A DNA stretch of 60,214 bases, taken from the NCBI GenBank assembly GCA_025450915.1, contig JANWLH010000018.1:1-60214 (forward strand). The letters are read 5' to 3'. The DNA comes from Candidatus Limnocylindrales bacterium. Its GTDB lineage: Bacteria; Chloroflexota; Limnocylindria; Limnocylindrales; CSP1-4. A model generated the notes under the pieces. That model was not told where the DNA came from, ran no database searches, and saw only the letters and a program-made list of their open reading frames with translations. This document shows positions 54,003 to 60,214 of the stretch, piece after piece. Both the position numbers and the translations under genes were made by a program. Within the stretch, counting starts at the first letter, position 1; every line of letters starts with the position of its first letter.

Positions 54003-55286
54003 ATGAGCGCCAACGACCAGCTTCCCGCCCTGCCGACCGTCACCCGCCGCCGCTTCCTCAAGGGCACGGCCCTGGCGGGCTTCGGTGCGTTCCTCGCGGC
54101 CTGCAGCAGCGGCGGAGCGACGAACCCGCCGGCCGGCCCAAGCGTCAACCCGAGCAACGCCTCGATCCCGACCCTGCCACCGGCCACGCCGGCGCCGTCG
54201 GTTGCGCCGACGCCCAAGGTGATCACCGGGCCGCTCCACTGGGCCCAGTGGCCCGCGTACATCGACCTGACCGGCAAGGCCGCCACGAACCTCAAGTACA
54301 GCCCGGGCTCATCGCCGACCCTCGAGCAGTTCAAGGCAAAGTACAAGGTCGATGTCGACTACGAGGAAAAGATCGAGGACAACAACACGTTCTACGCGAC
54401 GATCCAGCCGGAGCTGGTCGCCGGGGCACCGACGGGCTGGGACCTGATCGTCATCACCGACTGGCTGGCGGCCAAGGTGATCACCAAGGGCTGGGCGGAG
54501 CAGATCGACCAGTCCAACGTGCCCAACTGCGTGAACAACCTGCGCGACCCGCTCAAGGGCCAGGTGTGGGACCCGAAGAACGACTTCCACTATCCATGGC
54601 AGTCGGGGATGACCGGCATCGGCTACGACAAGACATCGCTGGCCTCGGCCAAGGTCGCGGCGCCGGCCAGCCTGGCCGACCTGTACCAGATCGATCCCAA
54701 GAAGCTGTCGTTCCTCTCGGAGGCCCGCGACACGTTTGGGCTGGGCTTGCTCAAGCTCGGCAAGAGCGCCGACCCGCAGCAGACCACGGCCGACGACCTC
54801 CAGGCGGTCCACGATGACATCAAGCCGCTCGTGGCCGGCGGCCTGACGTTCACCGGCAACGAGTACCTCCAGAACTTCGCCGCCAAGAAGACCTGGGCGG
54901 CGATGGTCTGGTCGGGTGACCTGGCGTCGTCGGGCTCGGCCGACCAGATCTTCGTCTTCCCCACCGAGGGGACGATGCTGTGGACCGACAACATGCTCAT
55001 CCCCAAGGGCGCCACGAACATCTACACGGCCGAGCTGATGATGAACTTCGTGTACGACCCGACGATCGCCGGCCAGATCGCCAACTTCGTGTACTACGTC
55101 TCGCCGGTCAAGGGCGCCGATGCCGTGGTCAAGTCCCTCAACTCGTCGGCCCCGCTCGATCCGGCCCTCTTTGCCCTGCTGTTCCCGCCCGACGACGTGG
55201 TCGCCAAGCAGCACAACTTCCAGTTCCTGTCCGACGACCTCGAGACGGCGCTGAACGGGCTGTATCTCGACCTGGCCGGCGGCTGA
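54003..55286 (+). CDS. potD: Polyamine-type ABC substrate-binding lipoprotein with a Tat-like signal
   Basis: TRRRFLKGTALAGFGAFLAACSS (twin-Arg plus lipobox). The body is PotD/PotF-like. Confidence 0.88.
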   Translation: MSANDQLPALPTVTRRRFLKGTALAGFGAFLAACSSGGATNPPAGPSVNPSNASIPTLPPATPAPSVAPTPKVITGPLHWAQWPAYIDLTGKAATNLKYSPGSSPTLEQFKAKYKVDVDYEEKIEDNNTFYATIQPELVAGAPTGWDLIVITDWLAAKVITKGWAEQIDQSNVPNCVNNLRDPLKGQVWDPKNDFHYPWQSGMTGIGYDKTSLASAKVAAPASLADLYQIDPKKLSFLSEARDTFGLGLLKLGKSADPQQTTADDLQAVHDDIKPLVAGGLTFTGNEYLQNFAAKKTWAAMVWSGDLASSGSADQIFVFPTEGTMLWTDNMLIPKGATNIYTAELMMNFVYDPTIAGQIANFVYYVSPVKGADAVVKSLNSSAPLDPALFALLFPPDDVVAKQHNFQFLSDDLETALNGLYLDLAGG

Positions 55287-55314
55287 GCCCAGCCATCCCC
55301 GGCCGGATCAGCCG

Positions 55315-56217
55315 ATGAGCGCTACCAGCCTGCCGGTTCGTGCCGGGCCGACCGGCCCGAGCTTCCGGCAGCGCATCGGCAAGGCAACCCCGTATCTCCT
55401 GCTCGCGCCGGGGATCCTGTGGCTGCTGATCTTCTTCATCCTGCCGACGTTCCAGATGTTCCTGACGTCGGTCTCGACGGGCTCGCTCGACAACGGCTTC
55501 AAGCTGACCTTCTCGGGTGCTGCCTATGTCACGTCGCTGACCAAGTTCGGCCCGCAGTTCCTCAACTCGCTGCTGTACGGCGGCATGGCCACCCTGCTGA
55601 CCTTCGCGATCGGCTTCCCCGTCGCCTACACGATCGCCTTCCGGGGCGGGCGCTGGAAGAACTTCCTGCTGTTCATCGTGATCGCGCCGTTCTTCACCAG
55701 CTTCCTGATCCGGACGATCAGCTGGAAGGTCCTCCTCCTCGACGACGGCCCGGTTCTCTCGTTCCTGCGCGACACCCTCCACCTCCTGCCGCCCGACGCG
55801 TCGGTCATCGGCACGCCGATCGCGGTCATTGCCGGGATCACCTACAACTTCCTGCCGTTCATGATCCTGCCGCTGTACGTGGCCCTCGAGAAGATCGACC
55901 CCCGCCTGATCGAGGCGGCCAACGACCTGTACGCGAGCCGGGCCGGCGCGTTCCGGCGGGTGACGATCCCGCTGGCCCTGCCGGGGATCTTCGCCGGCAC
56001 GATCCTGACGTTCATCCCGGCCCTCGGCGACTACGTCAACGCGACGCTCCTGGGCGGTCCCCAGACGCAGATGATCGGCAACGTGATCCAGAGCCGGTTC
56101 CTGCTCCTCGGCGACTACCCGGTTGCGGCGGCGCTGTCGTTCATCCTCATGGCGGCGATCCTCGTTGCCGTCTCGGTCTACGCCCGGGCGCTGGGCACCG
56201 AGCAGCTGACGGGCTAG
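55315..56217 (+). CDS. potB: ABC transporter permease (PotB-like)
   Basis: Six TM segments and an EAA-loop region (IEAANDLYASRAGAFRRVTIPL). Confidence 0.9.
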   Translation: MSATSLPVRAGPTGPSFRQRIGKATPYLLLAPGILWLLIFFILPTFQMFLTSVSTGSLDNGFKLTFSGAAYVTSLTKFGPQFLNSLLYGGMATLLTFAIGFPVAYTIAFRGGRWKNFLLFIVIAPFFTSFLIRTISWKVLLLDDGPVLSFLRDTLHLLPPDASVIGTPIAVIAGITYNFLPFMILPLYVALEKIDPRLIEAANDLYASRAGAFRRVTIPLALPGIFAGTILTFIPALGDYVNATLLGGPQTQMIGNVIQSRFLLLGDYPVAAALSFILMAAILVAVSVYARALGTEQLTG

Positions 56218-56221
56218 GGCG

Positions 56222-57121
56222 ATGACGGCCGTCAGCCAACCGCTCAATCCGACCGCCGCGGCAACGACGCGCCGCCCGCCACGGCGCTTCCTGCACGCGC
56301 TCGACCACTGGTTCCTGCCGGGCTTCACGGTCGTGGCGATCGGCTACCTGCTCGTCCCGATCGTCGTGATGATCATCTTCAGCTTCAACGACTACCAGGG
56401 GAAGTTCAACTTCGTCTGGCACGGCTTCACGCTCCAGGGCTGGTTCCACCCGTTCGACTGGCCGGGCCTGCCCGACGCCATCAAGACGAGCCTCTTCATC
56501 GCATTCCTGTCGACGATCGGCTCGACGATCCTGGGCACGTTCATCGGCCTGGCCCTGACCCGCTACAGCTTCAAGGGCCGGGGGGCGATCAACGGCCTGA
56601 TCTTCCTGCCGATGGCCACGCCCGAGATCGTCATGGGCTCGAGCCTGCTGACCCTCTTCGTCAACTCGGGGCTGCAGGGCGGGATGCTCAACGGGATCGT
56701 GCCCAAGGGCGTCCTCTTCCCGCTCGGCTTCACCACGATCCTGATCGCCCACATCATGTTCAACATCAGCTACGTCGTCGTCACGGTGAAGGCCCGGATC
56801 GCGGGCTTCGACCGGCGCCTCGAGGAGGCTGCGATGGACCTCGGGGCCGACGAGCTGACGACCTTCTGGAAGGTGACGTTCCCGCTGATCTTCCCGGGCG
56901 TCCTGGCCGCGGCCCTGCTGGCGTTCTCCCTGTCGATCGACGACTTCATCATCACGAGCTTCGTCTCGGGCACGACCAACACGTTCCCGATCTGGGCCTA
57001 CAGCATCATCAAGAACGCCCTGCCGGTGCAGATCAACGTGGTCGGCTCGATGGTCTTCCTCGGTGCGGTCCTGATCGTCGGCCTGTCGAACATTCGCCAG
57101 GCTCGCGGGAACCGGGCGTAG
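56222..57121 (+). CDS. potC: ABC transporter permease (PotC-like)
   Basis: Six TM segments and an EAA loop (LEEAAMDLGADELTTFWKVTFPL). Confidence 0.9.
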   Translation: MTAVSQPLNPTAAATTRRPPRRFLHALDHWFLPGFTVVAIGYLLVPIVVMIIFSFNDYQGKFNFVWHGFTLQGWFHPFDWPGLPDAIKTSLFIAFLSTIGSTILGTFIGLALTRYSFKGRGAINGLIFLPMATPEIVMGSSLLTLFVNSGLQGGMLNGIVPKGVLFPLGFTTILIAHIMFNISYVVVTVKARIAGFDRRLEEAAMDLGADELTTFWKVTFPLIFPGVLAAALLAFSLSIDDFIITSFVSGTTNTFPIWAYSIIKNALPVQINVVGSMVFLGAVLIVGLSNIRQARGNRA

Positions 57122-57124
57122 GCG

Positions 57125-58465
57125 ATGGTTGAGACCCACCTCGAACGAGCGTCGAGCGAGCCGGCCACCGGCGGGCAGCCCTGGCCGGATCGGTCGGTCA
57201 TCCCGTCCGTCTGGTCGCGGATCACGAACCTCGAGGTCGAGCGGGGCGAAGGCGCCTGGCTGATCACCCGGGACGGCCAGCGCTACCTCGACTACAGCTC
57301 GGGAATCGGCGTGACGAACACCGGCCATGCCCACCCGCGGGTCGCCGCCGCGATCGCCGCCCAGGCCGCCAAGCTGATCCACGGCCAGCAGAACATCGTC
57401 TACCACGAGCCCGGCCTGCGCCTCCACGAGCGCCTCCAGCACGTCCTGCCCGGCGACGGTTGGGGGGCCTTCCTCTCGAACAGCGGAGCCGAGGCGATCG
57501 AAGCGTCGGTCAAGCTCGCCCGGATCGCGACCGGCCGGCCGGTGATCATCGGCTTCCGTGGCGGCTACCACGGCCGGACCGCCCAGACGATGGCCCTGAC
57601 GACGGCCAAGGACGTCTATCGCGGCCACTTCGAGCCGCTGCCCGGCTCCGTCTACCACACGGCCTATCCGTATTGCTACCGGGCTCCGGGTGCCAGCCAC
57701 GATCCCGCCGCCTGCACGTGCGACTGGGAGGCCCAGCTCGAACTGACGTTCCACCAGATCATCTATCCCGAGCATGTCGCCGCGATCATCATCGAGCCGG
57801 TCCTGGGCGAAGGCGGCTACATCGTCCCGCCACCGGGCTTCCTGCCCCGCCTGCGCGAGATCACCCGCGAGCACGGGATCATGCTCATCGCCGACGAGGT
57901 CCAGACCGGCTACGGCCGGACCGGGCGGTTCTTCGCGGTCGAGCATTGGGGCGTGGAGCCGGACATCCTCGTGATGGCCAAGGGCATCGCCTCCGGCCTG
58001 CCCCTGAGCGGCCTCCTGGCGAAGCGCGACCTGCTCGCGAAGTGGCCGCCCGGCACCCATGGCGGGACGTACGGCGGCAACGTCGTGAGCTGCGCGGCGG
58101 CGAATGCCACGCTCGACATCATCGCGGACGAGCACCTGGTCGAGAATGCCGCGGACCGCGGTGCCCAGTTCCTGGCCGGGCTCCGGGGCCTTGCCCGGAA
58201 GCACCCGGCGATCGGTGACGTCCGCGGGCTCGGCCTGATGCTGGCCCTCGAGTTCGTCCAGCCGGGTGTCGGTGATGGCCGGACGCCCGACCCGAACCTG
58301 GCCAAGCGAGTCCTGTCCGAGGCCCTCGACCGGCACCTCATCGTCCTGTCTGCGGGCACGTACGCCAACGTCGCCCGGATCATCCCGCCGCTGGTCACGA
58401 CGGCCGCCGAGGTCGACCAGGCAATCTCGATCCTGGACCAGAGCATCACCGCCGCCGGAGCCTGA
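57125..58465 (+). CDS. Class III PLP aminotransferase (4-aminobutyrate/putrescine aminotransferase-like)
   Basis: GVTNTGHAHP, ADEVQTGYGRTG, and the VMAKGIASGLPLSG PLP-Lys region. Starts 3 nt after the potC stop. Confidence 0.9.
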   Translation: MVETHLERASSEPATGGQPWPDRSVIPSVWSRITNLEVERGEGAWLITRDGQRYLDYSSGIGVTNTGHAHPRVAAAIAAQAAKLIHGQQNIVYHEPGLRLHERLQHVLPGDGWGAFLSNSGAEAIEASVKLARIATGRPVIIGFRGGYHGRTAQTMALTTAKDVYRGHFEPLPGSVYHTAYPYCYRAPGASHDPAACTCDWEAQLELTFHQIIYPEHVAAIIIEPVLGEGGYIVPPPGFLPRLREITREHGIMLIADEVQTGYGRTGRFFAVEHWGVEPDILVMAKGIASGLPLSGLLAKRDLLAKWPPGTHGGTYGGNVVSCAAANATLDIIADEHLVENAADRGAQFLAGLRGLARKHPAIGDVRGLGLMLALEFVQPGVGDGRTPDPNLAKRVLSEALDRHLIVLSAGTYANVARIIPPLVTTAAEVDQAISILDQSITAAGA

Positions 58466-58473
58466 ACGGCCGC

Positions 58474-59670
58474 TCAGCTCCCGGTGTCCACGACCTCGAA
58501 GTCGGAGCCCTTGATCTGGTTCAGGTTGTGCAGGACGTCGTCGTTCCAGTGGGCATCCGAGGCGCCGCTGATGTACCACGGCGAGCCGTTGTCGGCGAGG
58601 ATCATCCCGTAGTCCTTGAGCGCCTGGAGGATCACCCGGGTCTGGGCCCCGAAGTGGCTGATGTCGACCGACGCCTTCAGGCGGACCCGGAGGCCCATCG
58701 GCGGCTCGACGTTGCACGAGCCGTTGCCCGCCTCGTGGCGGGCCGGCGCGATGTAGCCGGCGCAGCTCGATGAGGCCGTGAACCGCAGCGCGTGGAGGAT
58801 CGCGCCGGCCGCGTCCTCGTCGTAGCGGGCGAGGCCCGGCAGGATCGGCAGGCCGGCGGCGTCGGCGCTCGTCCAGCCGGCCGGCCGGAGGGCGTTCGAA
58901 TCGAGGTTCCAGGTCGCACCCGAGCCGGCGTGCCAGCGGCCATTGGTCAGGGTCGCGTCGTAGAGCTCGTAGAGACGGCAGGCGTTGGTGTCGACCATCA
59001 GCAGGTGCCGGTCCGAGCCCGCCTCGATCTTGGGCCTGGCCGGGATCGGGTAGCCGACGTGGTCGGACTCCGAGCTGTAGTCGAAGGTCACTGTCGAGCG
59101 CGGTGTCGATGTGCCCACGATGTTGTAGGGGATCCCGTAGCCGGCGTACGAGCCGAAGTCCGGGTGGAGCCCGACGTTGAGGCCGATCGCCGCGATCATC
59201 GTCGCCGAGTTGCTCGCGACGGGCAGCCTGTCGACGCGCTCATTCCAGGCGTTCGACGCCGGGAAGATCTGGCAGTGGCTGAGCGGCGGGATCGCGATCG
59301 GCGTGGGGGTCGGCCTCGGCGTGGGCCTCGGCGTGGGATTCGCGGTGGGAGCGCCGGCGGCGGCGGTCGGCTGGCTCGTCGGCGTGCTGCCCGTGTGGGG
59401 CGCCGGGGTCGGCTCGGCCGAGGTCTTCGTCACCCCAGGCGTGGGGCCGGGCGTCGGTTGGAACGAGCTGCCCGGGGCGGGCAGGGCAAACGTGCCGGGG
59501 GCCAGGCCCGGGGCGATGGCCAGGTCGGACGGAGTTGACGGGCTCGGCCCGAGTCCCGACGGCGCGCAAGCGGCGATCAGGGCGACGACGAGCGCCGTGC
59601 CGATCGCGATCGATGGTCGGCTCCGGTTCACCCTCCGAGGGTATCCCGCGACGGCCGGACCCGAGCGCAT
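58474..59670 (-). CDS. Secreted lipoprotein of unknown function, with a Pro/Thr-rich linker and a ~270-aa conserved-looking C-terminal domain
   Basis: Lipobox VVALIAACAPS, a PTPRPTPRPTPTP linker, and a well-composed C-terminal domain (CRLYELYDA..., GWTSADAAGLPILPGLARYDE, HALRFT). Confidence 0.7.
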   Translation of the reverse strand: MRSGPAVAGYPRRVNRSRPSIAIGTALVVALIAACAPSGLGPSPSTPSDLAIAPGLAPGTFALPAPGSSFQPTPGPTPGVTKTSAEPTPAPHTGSTPTSQPTAAAGAPTANPTPRPTPRPTPTPIAIPPLSHCQIFPASNAWNERVDRLPVASNSATMIAAIGLNVGLHPDFGSYAGYGIPYNIVGTSTPRSTVTFDYSSESDHVGYPIPARPKIEAGSDRHLLMVDTNACRLYELYDATLTNGRWHAGSGATWNLDSNALRPAGWTSADAAGLPILPGLARYDEDAAGAILHALRFTASSSCAGYIAPARHEAGNGSCNVEPPMGLRVRLKASVDISHFGAQTRVILQALKDYGMILADNGSPWYISGASDAHWNDDVLHNLNQIKGSDFEVVDTGS

Positions 59671-59830
59671 CCGATCGTCCCGCGAGCGCCCGGCTATGGG
59701 TACGCGGACTGATCGTGCACCGAGCGGCTACATGATCCGCGGGTGCCAGCGGGGCTCGCTGGGCCGTCGGGGATTTCGGTCCGTGGCCGCTGAGGCCCGT
59801 TCGGCCCGATGTTCCGGCCTTGGGCAAGGC

Positions 59831-60029
59831 GATTCCGCGTGCATGGTCGGGATGGGCACAGAACCCACCCGTCGGGCCTCGGCGAGCGCCGATTCTGCTC
59901 GGCCAGGGCGGATCCGTAGTCTCCCTTGAGCGTGAGGCGAGGCCGAAGCAGCGTTCCGCCCGGCCCGCGTCCAGCGTCGCCGGCCCTGTCGACCTTCGCG
60001 ACGCTCGCAGCGACCATGCACGCGGATTC
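59831..60029. other. Long-range 19-nt inverted repeat (18/19 complementary) enclosing nested GC-rich stems. It lies inside a ~540-bp stretch without a credible ORF.
   Basis: gattccgcgtgcatggtcg (59831-59849) is complementary to cgaccatgcacgcggattc (60011-60029). Internal pairs are ggcgga/tccgcc and gcgtcgc/gcgacgc. Confidence 0.3.
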
Positions 60030-60214
60030 GAGGAGGTCCAGGTGGCGTTCCTCGGGCGGCGCGCAGGCCCGACCGCCCACCCGAACCTTAGCCCCGCGGG
60101 CGCTCGCTCCGTGACCATTCCGGGGGTTACATGCGCTCAAGGCCACGGAACGAGCGCCCGCAACCCCAAAGGAACCGCGCCAGGTCCCGACCCGTCCCAA
60201 CGGGGGTTGTCGAC

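Noticed and set aside
59301-59340. A 12-nt tandem repeat (ggcctcggcgtg x2 plus a partial copy)
   Set aside because: It is the coding sequence of the PTPRPTPRPTPTP linker of the lipoprotein on the minus strand, not an independent repeat element.
59671-60214. RNase P RNA, tmRNA, SRP RNA, ydaO/c-di-AMP riboswitch or a group II intron end
   Set aside because: Only fragmentary resemblances are present (ACAGAACCC, GAAGCAGCG, GAATC). The key conserved cores are absent on both strands: GAGGAAAGTCCGGGC, the tmRNA tRNA-like ends, the GGAA-tetraloop domain IV, ACAGCTAACCTCGTA, and GTGCG plus domain V.

Overview
Very GC-rich chromosomal segment (by eye about two-thirds G+C or more, not computed). The gene content and order look actinobacterial or Chloroflexota-like. 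I can support about 50 protein-coding genes and one tRNA-Leu(UAG). I see no rRNA, CRISPR array, IS element, integrase or obvious prophage or defence island. Gene content is mostly core housekeeping. It includes: an MrfA/MrfB-like helicase-exonuclease pair; ychF; a CpaE-like ATPase-murI-DUF2342-dehydrogenase operon; agmatinase; a UvrD-type helicase-nuclease; a GGDEF/HD-GYP protein; rarA; a serine-biosynthesis operon; MoxR-DUF58-transglutaminase; a GH63 glucosidase; FhaA-FhaB-RodA-PbpA; valS-clpX-clpP-tig; cinA; apbC; and a potABCD-type polyamine transporter with a class III aminotransferase. The six-frame track is dominated by antisense shadow ORFs and by ORFs that run far upstream of the real start, as expected at this GC content. 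I reset starts using where recognisable protein sequence begins, recurring 4-nt start/stop overlaps (ATGA, GTGA, TTGA), and Shine-Dalgarno or -10 context. I did not find a clear-cut novel system. The best follow-up candidates are: (1) a diverged ~160-nt inverted repeat pair bracketing the lipoprotein-ychF cassette; (2) a ~540-bp apparently non-coding, stem-rich region at the right window edge; (3) a tight cassette of a zinc-ribbon protein of unknown function, an FmdB zinc-ribbon protein, a small HTH protein and a YihY gene that lacks a canonical start codon; (4) an orphan pseudo-receiver/ParA-like ATPase translationally chained to murI; (5) a stand-alone UvrD helicase fused to a Cas4/AddB-type 4-Cys nuclease; (6) recurrent TANNNT hexamers 6-8 nt upstream of start codons, suggesting widespread leaderless transcription. 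All functional calls rest on motif and family recognition by eye, with no database search.
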